The notes under the pieces: generated by a model
The model's input: only the letters and a program-made list of their open reading frames with translations
Database searches by the model: none
Told to the model about the DNA's origin: nothing
Position numbers and translations under genes: made by a program
Part shown: positions 1 to 10,387 of the stretch, one piece after another
Position numbering within the stretch: the first letter of the stretch is position 1
Layout: each line of letters begins with the position of its first letter
Assembly: GCA_965217865.1 (NCBI GenBank)
Contig: CBDCJO010000002.1
Coordinates: 4,192,001 to 4,256,000 of the forward strand
DNA from: Candidatus Latescibacterota bacterium
GTDB taxonomy: Bacteria; Latescibacterota; UBA2968; SICM01
Direction of reading: 5' to 3'
DNA length: 64,000 nucleotides

Positions 1-2
1 TC

Positions 3-1493
3 AAAAAAACATCCTATCCCAGTTGAACGCAATCCATGGGCTTCTGCCTCTAGGTATAATATTTGTCCAATTATTCCAGTCTCCCAAAACAGATCCTTAT
101 AGATAAATGGGTGGCTCTCAATTGGATTTTTAAACCAACTTAGCATTCCCAATGAAAAGGCGCTACTACCTGCAATGGATTGACCACAACTGACCATTTC
201 GGCCATTCCCTGAAAATCACCGGTTTTAAGGAGATAAAGAGGTAAACCATTTTCTGTCTTTTGCCATTTTAAATGGGGGTCGGTTTTCTGTTTGAATTCA
301 TTTAGATGACGAGGATTTCTGTTAAACAAATATAAACCGGCATCTAATCCTTCTACTCTGTGAACAAAAATTAAGAGGTCAACATTTTCACCAACCACTT
401 CAACATCGTATGGTGCGCAACCTCTTCTTGGCAACGTTTTATCAAGCATTGCATAAAATTGTTGTTTTGTAACTGAGGTTTCACCGTCAAAGTCGACTGC
501 ACTTCTTCTCTGCCGGAATATTTTGACTGCTTCAATTTCCGAAATTTCTTTTTCCACGAAATCTTCTAAAGCTAAGTTTAACGCTATTTGCTCTGTCAAT
601 GGTTTTCTTGTTAATTTCCTGACGTTTTCAATGACTTCCCATTCAACATAATCATTGCTCAACCGGTTAGGAGTCCCCTCAATAGGAAAGGATTTAAAAT
701 CTTCAATTATTTCATGCGGTATATTTCTAGGGATTAGTGTTTTATCTGACGGGTGTACATAAAAGAGAACCTCTGCACATTCTTGTTCCAGATCATGCCA
801 TTTTGTTTTGTCAAATCCCAAAAGAGTTTCAATTGTGTCATCGGATTGTGAATTAAGACAAGTGACTTTCCATCCCAAAAGGTTTGCCGAAAAAGAAAAT
901 GAAGCTATTGCATGCCCTATATCGTGCTGGCAATATCTAAATGCTCTCTCTCCATACTTCCATGCTTCCCTCCAGTAAATGCTGCTTAATGCCGCAATAA
1001 ATCCTTCAGATTTAAAATGCTCATTAATTTTATTCCAAGTTTCTTTTCCTGCTGATGCACGTTTCTCTAGAATATGAAGATAAGGGTTATAATGATATAC
1101 CCCTCCGGATAATGTTTCATTAATATCAGGAAGAACAAGGTATGCTTCGGTAGGATGAAGATTTCCACTTGATGGGTTGATACGGAGAGCCCATCGAGAA
1201 CCAGGCAATTCTTTCCAGGCAGAAAGCCCAAGTGATAATTCAAGAAAAGCACCTACTAAATCCGGTGTTAAGGCTTCTATTTTATTTAATTCTCTGTCGT
1301 AGATTCCATGGTAATTTGTTTTAAGATCATTTTTTATAAACGGGAGCTGGATTGAAGTTGCCCCCTTATATTCTCTATATGGGATGGGCTGATTCGCCCA
1401 ATCCATGTAGCCAAGTGATGGTGCAAACCTATTGAGATGATGTTTTGTTCTTTCGTGGTAGGCAACAACTTGGTCTGAAAGGCTTAGATTCAT
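3..1493 (-). CDS. SagB/ThcOx-family nitroreductase-like dehydrogenase (3' end runs off the window)
   Basis: Not in the ORF track. Translated by hand at both motifs from ATG at 1493: MNLSLSDQVVAYHERTKHHLNRFAPSLGYMDWANQPIPYREY and WALRINPSSGNLHPTEAY, typical of the family. AT-rich. Confidence 0.85.
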   Translation of the reverse strand, partial: MNLSLSDQVVAYHERTKHHLNRFAPSLGYMDWANQPIPYREYKGATSIQLPFIKNDLKTNYHGIYDRELNKIEALTPDLVGAFLELSLGLSAWKELPGSRWALRINPSSGNLHPTEAYLVLPDINETLSGGVYHYNPYLHILEKRASAGKETWNKINEHFKSEGFIAALSSIYWREAWKYGERAFRYCQHDIGHAIASFSFSANLLGWKVTCLNSQSDDTIETLLGFDKTKWHDLEQECAEVLFYVHPSDKTLIPRNIPHEIIEDFKSFPIEGTPNRLSNDYVEWEVIENVRKLTRKPLTEQIALNLALEDFVEKEISEIEAVKIFRQRRSAVDFDGETSVTKQQFYAMLDKTLPRRGCAPYDVEVVGENVDLLIFVHRVEGLDAGLYLFNRNPRHLNEFKQKTDPHLKWQKTENGLPLYLLKTGDFQGMAEMVSCGQSIAGSSAFSLGMLSWFKNPIESHPFIYKDLFWETGIIGQILYLEAEAHGLRSTGIGCFF

Positions 1494-1706
1494 GAGAGGG
1501 GGATTATTAATTTAGTTTATATACTTTCTGAGAAGTTCTAGTATTTAAAAATACTACAATTATTCAAAAGCCCCCAAATTAATTTAATCCTGGAATTGTG
1601 TAATTCTACTTGCTACGTGCTTAGAAAATGCAAGGGCCCAGACCTACCTGAAGTGATGAACTCTCCCCGCACGACCGGCTATCACCCCTGTGCTTAGGGA
1701 TGCCTT

Positions 1707-2708
1707 ATGCGAATCCTGATCATTGGTGGAACAGATTTCATTCGATCCTCTATCGTAAAAAGGCTAAACGAGATGGGCAACGAAGTAGCCTTGTTTAACG
1801 GGGAACAAACCCAAGCCTTGCCAGCTGGTGTCAACAGAATCGAAGGGAAAAAGGAGAACCTCTCTGACTTTAGAGAAGAGTTCAAGGCTTTTGATCCACA
1901 GATAGTTGTTGACATAGTTCCTTTTGCCGAAGGAGAATCTCGCAACTTAATCAGGACGTTTGAGCGAACGGTAGATCGGATCGTGGCTGTGACCAGCCTG
2001 GATGTTTATCGTGCCTGTGAGGTCTGGGAACGGGATGCACCTGGACCAATAGAGCCAACTCCAATAACAGAGGAGTCACCGCTGAGGCAAAGCCGGGTTG
2101 GGGACGAAAATCCGGATCAGTCCCATTGTGAAACCATGATCGAAAAGGCTGTAATGAATGAATCCGAATCACCGGGTACTGTTTTGCGCATACCGAGGGT
2201 GTACGGTCCAGGGAGTCATAACCTGTTTTCGTACTTGAAGCGAATGGACGACAGCCGGCCTGCTTTTCTGATCGGGAAAGGTTTTGACCGGTGGCGCTGG
2301 ACCAGAGGATACGTAGAAAATGTCGCGGATGCCATAGCCACTGCGATCATAGACCGTCGAGCCGAAGGCAGGACTTACAATCTGGGTGAACCGGATGCTC
2401 TTCCTCAAGCAGAATGGGTGAGAGAGATCGGGCAAGCAGCGGGATGGAAGGGTGAAATCGTTGTCGTACCCACGGATGTCCTGCCCGATCATATGAGGGA
2501 CAACGACAACCCTGAACAAGACATGTTTGTTGACACAAGCCGGATAAGGAAAGAACTGGGATACACTGAGATATTTTCCCGGAAAGAAGCGCTAAAGCGA
2601 ACGATTAATTGGCTTCGAGCAAATCCACCTGATCGAGTTGATCCCAGGGAGTTCGACTACGCAGCAGAAGATAAGATATTAGACGGTTTGAAGCAGCACG
2701 GACATTAA
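1707..2708 (+). CDS. NAD-dependent epimerase/dehydratase (extended SDR)
   Basis: N-terminal MRILIIGGTDFI Rossmann-like motif; VLRIPRVYGPG; RGYVENVADA. Confidence 0.85.
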   Translation: MRILIIGGTDFIRSSIVKRLNEMGNEVALFNGEQTQALPAGVNRIEGKKENLSDFREEFKAFDPQIVVDIVPFAEGESRNLIRTFERTVDRIVAVTSLDVYRACEVWERDAPGPIEPTPITEESPLRQSRVGDENPDQSHCETMIEKAVMNESESPGTVLRIPRVYGPGSHNLFSYLKRMDDSRPAFLIGKGFDRWRWTRGYVENVADAIATAIIDRRAEGRTYNLGEPDALPQAEWVREIGQAAGWKGEIVVVPTDVLPDHMRDNDNPEQDMFVDTSRIRKELGYTEIFSRKEALKRTINWLRANPPDRVDPREFDYAAEDKILDGLKQHGH

Positions 2709-2750
2709 CGTGTAGGTCACGGCTACGGCGCGCTCCGCACCAACTCGCCA
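2703..2750 (+). other. attC half-site remnant
   Basis: taacgtgtaggtcacggctacggcgcgctccgcaccaac overlaps the stop codon and matches the reverse complement of one arm of the attC sites at 41942-42020 and 37850-38011. Confidence 0.6.
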
Positions 2751-2920
2751 AATCCACCCACACCGAAGACGGCCGTGGGTTTTTCTTTTTCCCTTACTAC
2801 CAATTCCATATCTTAATCTATACACGGCCACTTCTACAACCTCTGAAATCGTTCGCCGCAAGCCAGGTTCGCCTGGGGCCAGACCGGACACACTCTTAGA
2901 TTCTGAGGAGAACGAGAATA

Positions 2921-3411
2921 GTGGACGCACACATCAGAGTAGGCACAAAGGCCCTCATTCTTCGAGACGACGCCATTCTGCTTGTTGAATACAATGACGA
3001 ATCGGGAATCCACTACAACATGCCAGGAGGTGGGATTGAGCCCGATGAGACTTTGGAGGAAGTACTTATAAGAGAGGTGAAAGAAGAGACTTGCGCCGAA
3101 ATCGAAGTCGGTCGACCACTCATCATTACGGAGTACGAGCCGAAGAGAAACTCATTCTGGGGAGGCCCTCTCCACAAGCTCACAGTGATTTTCGAGTGCA
3201 GTCTCAAAGGTGGCAAAGAACCCCGAATGCCACAGACACCTGACCCCATCAGACAGCGGTCAAGTGGATCCCCCTGGTTGATCTCGAAAACGTGGAATTG
3301 CTTCCACACGTTACAGATAAAGTTCTGGCCTACGCGAACAAACAGACAACTCTCTACCCAATCTATCTATGCGAACCCATAAACCCCGACAAAGTTCAGA
3401 AGTACCTTTGA
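2921..3411 (+). pseudogene. NUDIX hydrolase, frameshifted near 3247
   Basis: Nudix box GGGIEPDETLEEVLIREVKEET; plausible C-terminus (HQTAVKWIPLVDLENVELLP...VQKYL*) lies in another frame after a C run. Confidence 0.8.
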
Positions 3412-3748
3412 TGTTCTTTGAAGAAAATTGTAGTAGGAGCCCTATTACGTGGGTACTACCGGCTAACACGCGCTTGCGGCTCGTCCTGCCAGCCTAGTTT
3501 AAATATGGGAGGAGAGACTTCAGAATTGCTGGCGGATAGCACAAACTTAGCTGGTCTGAAAAGGCTTCTGTCTTCACGTCAAGCCTTATATGGACGACCG
3601 TTTCAAGCGGGTCGGCGCTACGAAACTCTGGGTTTGCCAACAACAACAAAGGGTTTGTATCCACCTCAATCTCTTCAGCTTTTACTTCGAGCTCCGTTTC
3701 CCAGGTGGGACTAAGGTTTTCCGCAGCACGAATGAAAAATGAACCTAG

Positions 3749-5274
3749 CAGCCTGTTGAAAAAGTGCGTTTATGCCAAGATGACTGTTGTCTTTCCTTGT
3801 GGTTTGGTCCTATGATATATCAGGTTCAAACTGAGAAGGGAGGACGAGCAAATGGCAATGGGAAAACGAGGACGACAGAGACAGGAAAACCTGTTCATCG
3901 CATCGAACACTTTGGTGAAATCTCCGGGTCATCCGTTCTACGAGAAGCTGAATCAGGTATTGGGGGCGAACGGCTTCGACGAGTTCGTCGAGGGGCTTTG
4001 CCAGCGGTATTACGCTCCTCATATGGGTCGCAAGGGCATTCCGCCCGGGGTTTATTTTCGGATGCTTTTGATTGGGTATTTCGAGGGACTTGATTCGGAA
4101 CGTGGGATCGAATGGCGTGTATCTGACTCGCTGACGTTGCGCCGGTTTTTGGGGTATGCCCTTGACGAACAGACCCCGGATCATTCCAGCCTGTCTCGCA
4201 TCCGGCATCGGCTTCCCTTGGAAGTTCACGAAGCGGTTTTCAAGTGGATCCTGAGGGTCTTGTGCAAAGCGGGTCTGGTGAAGGGGAAGACGTTGGGCGT
4301 GGATGCTACGACACTGGAGGCCAACGCCGCGATGCGCAGCATTGTACGCCGTGACACGGGTGAAGGCTACCAGGCATTCCTTGAGAATCTGGCCAAGGCC
4401 TCGGGCATTGAAACGCCTACCCGCGAGGACTTGTCCAAGATCGATAAGAAGCGACCGAAGAAGGGATCGAACCAGGACTGGGAGCACCCGCACGACCCGG
4501 ATGCCAAGATCGCTAAGATGAAGGACGGTCGCACGCACATGGCGCACAAGGTGGAGCACGCGGTGGATCTGGACACCAATGCCATTGTGGCAGTGGCGTT
4601 GTCGGGAGCAGATGAAGGAGATACCGAGTCGTTGCCCTGGACGCTGCTCGAGGCGCCGCTCAATCTCAAGCAGGTCGCGAAGGACGAAAAAGCTGCCAAA
4701 CGTTTGCACAGACAGCGTATACGGGAGGTGGTTGCGGACAAAGGATATCATAGCAACGATGTATTGACCAGTCTGAAGCAAGGCGGCATCCGGAGTTACA
4801 TTTCAGAACCGGATCGGGGACGCCGCAAGTGGAACGGCCGACGAGATGAGCAGGCCGCGGTATATGCGAATCGACGCCGGATCAAGGGAGATCGCGGCAA
4901 GGCCTTGCGCCGAAGTCGTGCAGAACGGGTGGAAAGAACCATCGCTCACACATATGATACCGGTGGCATGCGCAGGTTGCACTTGAGAGACCGCGGCAAT
5001 ATCCTCAAGCGTTTGCTGATCCACATCGGGGGCTGCAACCTGGCTCTGCTCATGCGCAAAGTGATGGGCGTAGGTACTCCGAAGGCCCTCCAGGACCTGG
5101 CCAAGGCCTTGCAGCGTCTACTGCTCGTCCTACAATCACGTTTGCTGCCCTCGGTCACCTTTTTAACCTCTTATCAGCGTCTCCTGCTCAATCTCCTTAC
5201 CTTGATTTATCTGACCCGCACTCCAGGCGTCTTTTCCGTTTATGTGCGTTGAAAGGTAGTTCTTCAACGGGCTG
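3749..5274 (+). mobile_element. IS1182/IS5-like insertion sequence, copy 1 (1526 bp)
   Basis: Terminal IRs cagcctgttgaa / ttcaacgggctg; CTAG on both sides; near-identical to 24598-26123 and 28922-30447. Confidence 0.92.
3852..5252 (+). CDS. DDE transposase (DUF772-like N-terminus)
   Basis: TPDHSSLSRIRHR, GVDATTLEANA, VVADKGY, RVERTIAH motifs. Confidence 0.92.
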   Translation: MAMGKRGRQRQENLFIASNTLVKSPGHPFYEKLNQVLGANGFDEFVEGLCQRYYAPHMGRKGIPPGVYFRMLLIGYFEGLDSERGIEWRVSDSLTLRRFLGYALDEQTPDHSSLSRIRHRLPLEVHEAVFKWILRVLCKAGLVKGKTLGVDATTLEANAAMRSIVRRDTGEGYQAFLENLAKASGIETPTREDLSKIDKKRPKKGSNQDWEHPHDPDAKIAKMKDGRTHMAHKVEHAVDLDTNAIVAVALSGADEGDTESLPWTLLEAPLNLKQVAKDEKAAKRLHRQRIREVVADKGYHSNDVLTSLKQGGIRSYISEPDRGRRKWNGRRDEQAAVYANRRRIKGDRGKALRRSRAERVERTIAHTYDTGGMRRLHLRDRGNILKRLLIHIGGCNLALLMRKVMGVGTPKALQDLAKALQRLLLVLQSRLLPSVTFLTSYQRLLLNLLTLIYLTRTPGVFSVYVR

Positions 5275-5556
5275 CTAGGGGCTTTATCTCTCCCCAGACA
5301 ATTTTCTGTTCTCTGTGCCATCTTTGGGCCGCATCTGGACGATTCAAATGGTCCAGGATCACCCAAGTCATCGACATCGGGATATTGAATGTTACTCTAC
5401 CTTCTGACGGTGCTAGTTTAAATGTCAAAGCGCATGTGGGATTGGGCAGAGATTGGATGAAATCGACATATGCCTCCTGACTCACTGATCCGACTTTCAC
5501 CTGCTGTATCTATTCTGAGATAACAAGAGAAAAGCAGATAAAGGTCCAAGCAAGAT

Positions 5557-6588
5557 TCAGGCAGCCTTGTGGATGGTCTGGGATGTTCTTTGCCGATTGA
5601 TTTCTATGCGGCGCTGCCGAGCCTCCTCCTTTCGACCTTGTCGGTGGTGAAGAATCTTTTGATGCTGGCCTTTATGCCTCTGAAGAGGCGTGACATACTG
5701 TATTGCCCCGTGATAGCGTTCGGCGTTGTAGCTGTGAATGAAGGAATCAATCAGGCCTTCCAGTTGATGGAATGTGAAGATGTCCTGGAAGCGCAGCCAG
5801 TCGTATTTGAATGTCCGGAAAAAGGCTTCGATCCAGGCGTTGTCCGTGGGTGTTTGATATCGGGCAAACAGCTGCGAGATGCCCAGGTCCTTGAAGAATT
5901 GGGCCATCGATTTGGCCTTCATCTGAGATCCGTGATCTGAGAGGGCTGTCAAGCTTATGGGCCCAGTGTCCAGGTCCAGCAGTCCTTCGTTGGCAAGGGC
6001 TTGATCCCAGGCCTGTTTGACCTGCTCCACGGTCGCGTTGAAGGAGAGCTTCCATCCTACGATCTTCCTGGAATACACGTCGAGAATGGCGGTAAAATAC
6101 AGGAACAAACCGAAAAATGGGATGTAGGTCAGGTCCCAGCTCCAGACCTGATTAGGACCTTCAGGTTTGACCTGGGGCTTGCTCTGCTTGACCGGCGTCC
6201 TCACCTGTTTCCTGCGTGCCAGACGTTCTTTCCTGGCCTGTCGGTAGAAGCTGGAGGCCGAGGCCTGCACTACCCCCTTCTCTGAGGCTACCACCGCCAG
6301 CTGATGGGGAGGCAGATCGGCATAGGTCTCATCCCTTAAGAGGGCCGGGATTTGCTCTTTCTCCTCCCTCAGCAATCCGTGTGGGGCCTCATCAGGGGCG
6401 GGCCCGGGCTTCCCATCCAAAAGCGGGTCCGACACCCCATCCAGCTTCTCTTCTCGATCTCGCCGGCTCCAGGCACAATACCGCTGGAGGGGAAGCTGTA
6501 GGATCTCGCAAGAACGGGTGAGTTTCACCCCTTTCTCCTTGGCCCGATGGACCATTAAGAGGATCTCGCGTTTGACCTCAGCTTGCAC
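5557..6588 (-). CDS. Transposase OrfB (rve integrase core)
   Basis: PNQVWSWDLTYI, ILDVYSRKIVGW, SDHGSQM, DNAWIEAFFRTFK, YNAERYHGAIQY. Confidence 0.9.
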   Translation of the reverse strand: MQAEVKREILLMVHRAKEKGVKLTRSCEILQLPLQRYCAWSRRDREEKLDGVSDPLLDGKPGPAPDEAPHGLLREEKEQIPALLRDETYADLPPHQLAVVASEKGVVQASASSFYRQARKERLARRKQVRTPVKQSKPQVKPEGPNQVWSWDLTYIPFFGLFLYFTAILDVYSRKIVGWKLSFNATVEQVKQAWDQALANEGLLDLDTGPISLTALSDHGSQMKAKSMAQFFKDLGISQLFARYQTPTDNAWIEAFFRTFKYDWLRFQDIFTFHQLEGLIDSFIHSYNAERYHGAIQYVTPLQRHKGQHQKILHHRQGRKEEARQRRIEINRQRTSQTIHKAA

Positions 6589-6611
6589 CCGGTGGCCCTT
6601 GATCGGGCCTG

Positions 6612-6947
6612 TCAGATCCCATTCACACTTTTTTTTAGCAGGGAAAGTTCCACAGATTGCTCAATGATCGTTTGCTCCAGGCGTGCCCGCTCTTTGCGCA
6701 GCTGCTCCACCTCCTCAGCCGATACCATCGGCTTGCGGCTCCGGCGACCCTTGAACTCCTTGAGGGCCCCGGACTTGACCGACTCACGAATACGCTTTAG
6801 ATCCGAGGAATGAATGCCCCATTTCCGCAGCACCTGTGCAATGGGAACATCTCCCCGGCTGGCTTCAAGGAAAATCTCATACTTCTGTTCCGGGGACAAG
6901 CTCCTGCGCTTCTTGACCGGGTCACTGTTTGAGGACAGTTGCTCCAT
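6612..6947 (-). CDS. Transposase OrfA (HTH plus coiled coil)
   Basis: KRRSLSPEQKYEIF...LRKWGI HTH; AAAAAAAAG slippery site (6628-6636, minus strand) would give a -1 shift into orfB. Confidence 0.85.
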   Translation of the reverse strand: MEQLSSNSDPVKKRRSLSPEQKYEIFLEASRGDVPIAQVLRKWGIHSSDLKRIRESVKSGALKEFKGRRSRKPMVSAEEVEQLRKERARLEQTIIEQSVELSLLKKSVNGI

Positions 6948-7826
6948 CTTTACTCCTCCTGTGAGGTCAGGGATATCCCAAAATATGTATCCCTTCTCAA
7001 CCCTACAGGCAACCAGGATCTTGCTTCGACCTTGCCCCCGTTTTTTCGGGCGATCTCAGACAAAAGATACCTGCGTGCTGCTTCCCAATCCATTTGAAAT
7101 GAGCATTCCCATCAAATTCGCCAACTTGACGTGAAGTTTCTCCAAGCCCTTCAAGTGTTTCTGAACTTTTTCGGCAAATTCCTGATTTGCCGAAAGTCGT
7201 TGGTTCTTGCCAGCCATGTTCATCAACTCCTTTCTCAATCGGTTCCTGGAAGTATGGAGCTGATTGTTAACTTTCGTCACGGCGATCTCCAGGAAGGAGG
7301 CTATTTCCTTCTGAGAGAGCTCGGCGATATAGAAGAGAATCACAACAGTAAGTTCAGGCTCTGAAAGTGCTTCGATTGCGGTCAGCACCTCTTCTTTTCG
7401 ATTCCTTTCATCCAGAAGCTCGTCTGGACTTTTTTGGTCCGAGGCCACATCCCGGGCCTCATCTAATTGTTCAGTTGGAACTTGCTTTCCCCGAGTGAGC
7501 CGATCACACTGAGTCAAGATCACTCTGCGAAACCACCCTGGAAATGCGGAAGGCACTTTCAGGTTGCGTAGATTTACGAAGGCACCAATAAACGCTTCCT
7601 GAGCAGCATCTTGTGCCAAATGCCAATCCCTGAGTTGCGAGAAAGCAAAGGCCACTGCCATGTCCTGGAACCGCCGAACAATTGTGTCAAAAGCGTCCAG
7701 ATCGCCATTTTGAGCCCGAACTACGACGGCATCTAGCTCTTCCATCTCCCATCCTATCTTATTAGAAGGCCTTCTACGTATAAAGACCCAACCTGGCGCC
7801 AATAGCTTTATAGAGAACTTTCTATC

Positions 7827-8728
7827 ATCTAAAAAGGCCCATCGCCAGTGCCCTCTTACAGGGAATGTAAGTAATTGTGCTATGGAAACAGAAGAGGTTT
7901 ACGAGCTTGCCGAGAAATTGGGGTGTGCGCAGGCAAGGATCGCTGACCGTTCGCCTTCGCCGGGAACTGTCGACACGTCCGTTCCTGGATTGCGGCTGAC
8001 GATTGTCCCGTCGCATGATACACCATATCCTTCGAGCAATCAAAACCGCGCACAGACTCTTCCTGGCGGAGTCGGCTGGCAGAAAGACTCCGCAGCAAAA
8101 TGCGTCGACCGCTACGTGGACGCGGGCGTGGAACGCTTTTTTGTATGGGTCAACGCGTGTCCTGATTGTGAGCGGATTGTACGTGATCTAAAGAGTGCGG
8201 GATTCAGGAGTTTTACAGGCGCCGGTTATCCAGTCTTGGCGCGCTCAGCCGACCGGATCCCGCAACCCGACACGTCATTCGTCGTCCGGCCCTTCAACCC
8301 TTCCCGGGATCGCAAGCGAATTGGTGACTACCCCGATTCAGAACGCCGTGAGGCCATCGTGCGTTCGCTTAAGCATGGCGACGAGCAGTATTTTATTGCT
8401 TGGGAGGGGAAGACCCCAGTTGCAACCGCTTCGGTAGTCGTGAACGGCCTGCTGGGCTATCTTTATGGCACTTTCACACTGGAGCCATATCGTGGCAGAG
8501 GAGCACAGACGGCCCTGATCGCAGCTCGCGTAAACTACGCAGTTGAACTAGGCTGCAAGTGGGTCGCCTCTGAGACGGTAAGTCGAGCCAAGACCTCCTT
8601 GGGGAATCTTAAGCGTCAGGGATTTCGCGTCATATACAAGAAACGAGTCTTCTCCTGGAAGGAGAAGCTCAAATAACGAGTCCCCTTCGGCCATCAAGGA
8701 CGGGCACTGGTGATGGGGCTTTTTAGAT
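7827..8728. repeat. 27-bp inverted repeats (7827-7853, 8702-8728) bracketing a GNAT gene
   Basis: atctaaaaaggcccatcgccagtgccc vs gggcactggtgatggggctttttagat, 25/27 complementary. Confidence 0.8.
7882..8676 (+). CDS. GNAT-family N-acetyltransferase
   Basis: TLEPYRGRGAQTALIAAR acetyl-CoA motif; SLGNLKRQGF. Confidence 0.8.
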   Translation: METEEVYELAEKLGCAQARIADRSPSPGTVDTSVPGLRLTIVPSHDTPYPSSNQNRAQTLPGGVGWQKDSAAKCVDRYVDAGVERFFVWVNACPDCERIVRDLKSAGFRSFTGAGYPVLARSADRIPQPDTSFVVRPFNPSRDRKRIGDYPDSERREAIVRSLKHGDEQYFIAWEGKTPVATASVVVNGLLGYLYGTFTLEPYRGRGAQTALIAARVNYAVELGCKWVASETVSRAKTSLGNLKRQGFRVIYKKRVFSWKEKLK

Positions 8729-8761
8729 CGACGAAGGAGATTCGTTTAATTCGACGACACG

Positions 8762-10198
8762 TCAATTTACCCTGGGAAAGAGCACGGCTCCCTGACGAAT
8801 CTCCGGTCCAGAAAATCTCTCCTTGATTTCTTGCCCGGTTCCGGGTAGAAATGGGGCCAGCCCCTCTCCCACCGATCTAATCGAATCCACCCACCTGGTC
8901 AGGTGCCCTCGAAGGGCGGAAATTCTACCTTCCTTAAGGAGGTCCCACGGTCTGACACTTTCTATTTGCCGGTTCAGATCTGTCACACCCCCTTGTAGGA
9001 TTTCCAAGCATTTGTGATACAGAAATCGATCCGCATAATACGCAACATCAGCGGGCGGATTTGAACCCCTGCCTGGCGTCACTTTGATTCTCGCCCTTTC
9101 ACATAGAGTTTCGAGGCGTCGGACGAGGTTGCCAATACCATTCGCCAGCTCGGACGAGTATACCTCCCGGAACCTGGTGAGCGAAAAGTCCCCATCCGCT
9201 CCGCTGGGGATCGCCCTCAGAAGGAAATAGCGGAGGGGGTCCGGTCCGTACTGGTCGATGATCGGGAAGGGATCGACCGCGTTGTGGCTGGATTTGCTGA
9301 TCTTTTCGCCGTCGACCGTAAGGAAACCGTGCACCACCAACTTATCGGGAAGAGGCAGCCCTGCGGACAGCAGCATCGCCGGCCAGTAGATTGCGTGGAA
9401 GCGAAGGATGTCCTTGCCGATCACGTGTATCTTGCAGGATTGGTCGTTCCAGAAACGCTCGAAGTCTTCGTCGTTTCGGCCAAAGCCGATTCCGGTAAGG
9501 TAGTTTGTCAAAGCATCAAACCAGACATAGAGCACCTGGGATGGGTCCCCCGGAACAGGGACTCCCCAGCCGCCGGACCTCTCGCAAGGCCTGGAAATGC
9601 TGAAATCCACCAGTCCCCGGCGAACGAACTCCAGGGCTTCGTTCTCTCTTGCTTGAGGAAATATCCGGAGCCGCCCGGATGATATCAGGTCTTCGAGTTC
9701 TCGCTGGTAGGCAGAGAGTCGGAAGAAGTAGTTCGTCTCTTCCACAACCTCAGGTTTGGTGGAGTGGATCGGACAACGGCCTTCATCCAGCTCCTCTTCT
9801 TCATAGAAGCCTTCGCAGCCTGCGCAATAGAGCCCCTTATAACGGTGGGGAAAAATGTCACCTTTTCGACAAAGTTCCCAGAATTTCGAAGCACCCAGAT
9901 GATGCGCCGTCAAGGATGTTCGGATGAAGTTGCCGTTTGAAATAAGCAACTCTGCGGACAACCTCTTGAACACGTCCGCGTTTCGATCACAGAGCGCTTG
10001 AGGCGTTAGGCCTGCTTGTTCAGCGGACCGAACGTTCTTCAGGGCATTCTCGTCCGTTCCGGTGAGCAAGAAGGTTTCATTCCCTCTTAGACTTTCCACT
10101 CTGGTAATCACGTCAGCCAGAACGAGTTCAAACGCAAATCCGACGTGGGGGTCCGCGTTTACGTAGGGAATGGATGTTGAGACAAAGGTGGTATTCAT
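8762..10198 (-). CDS. metG: Methionyl-tRNA synthetase, short form
   Basis: STSIPYVNADPHVGF (HIGH variant), LTGTDEN, YVWFDALTNY, GKDILRFHAIYWPAML, KISKS. Confidence 0.93.
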   Translation of the reverse strand: MNTTFVSTSIPYVNADPHVGFAFELVLADVITRVESLRGNETFLLTGTDENALKNVRSAEQAGLTPQALCDRNADVFKRLSAELLISNGNFIRTSLTAHHLGASKFWELCRKGDIFPHRYKGLYCAGCEGFYEEEELDEGRCPIHSTKPEVVEETNYFFRLSAYQRELEDLISSGRLRIFPQARENEALEFVRRGLVDFSISRPCERSGGWGVPVPGDPSQVLYVWFDALTNYLTGIGFGRNDEDFERFWNDQSCKIHVIGKDILRFHAIYWPAMLLSAGLPLPDKLVVHGFLTVDGEKISKSSHNAVDPFPIIDQYGPDPLRYFLLRAIPSGADGDFSLTRFREVYSSELANGIGNLVRRLETLCERARIKVTPGRGSNPPADVAYYADRFLYHKCLEILQGGVTDLNRQIESVRPWDLLKEGRISALRGHLTRWVDSIRSVGEGLAPFLPGTGQEIKERFSGPEIRQGAVLFPRVN

Positions 10199-10325
10199 GG
10201 CACGTCCTTTCCTTATCGAATGCTTTATGAGAGGTGACCGATTTTGACGTGCGCATCCGTTCCAATCCGCCGTTGCTACCTGCCGAAAAGCACTTCATTT
10301 TGCCTCCAGTTTGCCCAAAGAGGGC

Positions 10326-10362
10326 AAAAGAAAAAGCCCGCTGCCAAATCCTGACAGCGGGC
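10326..10362 (-). terminator. Intrinsic terminator/attenuator hairpin upstream of metG
   Basis: Minus strand GCCCGCTG-tcaggatttgg-CAGCGGGC followed by TTTTTCTTTT. Confidence 0.8.
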
Positions 10363-10387
10363 CCTTAGATCGATAGATTGAATCAGT

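Larger units (their letters stand above)
5505..7070 (-). mobile_element. IS3-family-like insertion sequence
   Basis: Imperfect IRs tgtatctattctgaga / tctcagacaaaagatac; ctgc direct repeat (5501-5504, 7071-7074); orfA/orfB arrangement. Confidence 0.85.
3494..7745 (-). pseudogene. ECF sigma factor fused to a FliM-like (CheC-fold) domain, split by two IS elements
   Basis: Segments 7745-7071 + 5500-5275 + 3744-3494 total 1152 nt, one open frame (383 aa). Sigma2/sigma4 motifs, then LEKLHVKLANLMGMLISNGLGSSTQV|KVGSVSQEAYVDFIQSLPNPT...LSLCYPPAILKSLLPYL, resembling the FliM middle domain. Confidence 0.8.

Noticed and set aside
3810-4781. 323-aa antisense ORF in each IS copy (also 25091-26062 and 28983-29954)
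   Set aside because: Shadow of the transposase; it recurs only because the IS copies are near-identical.
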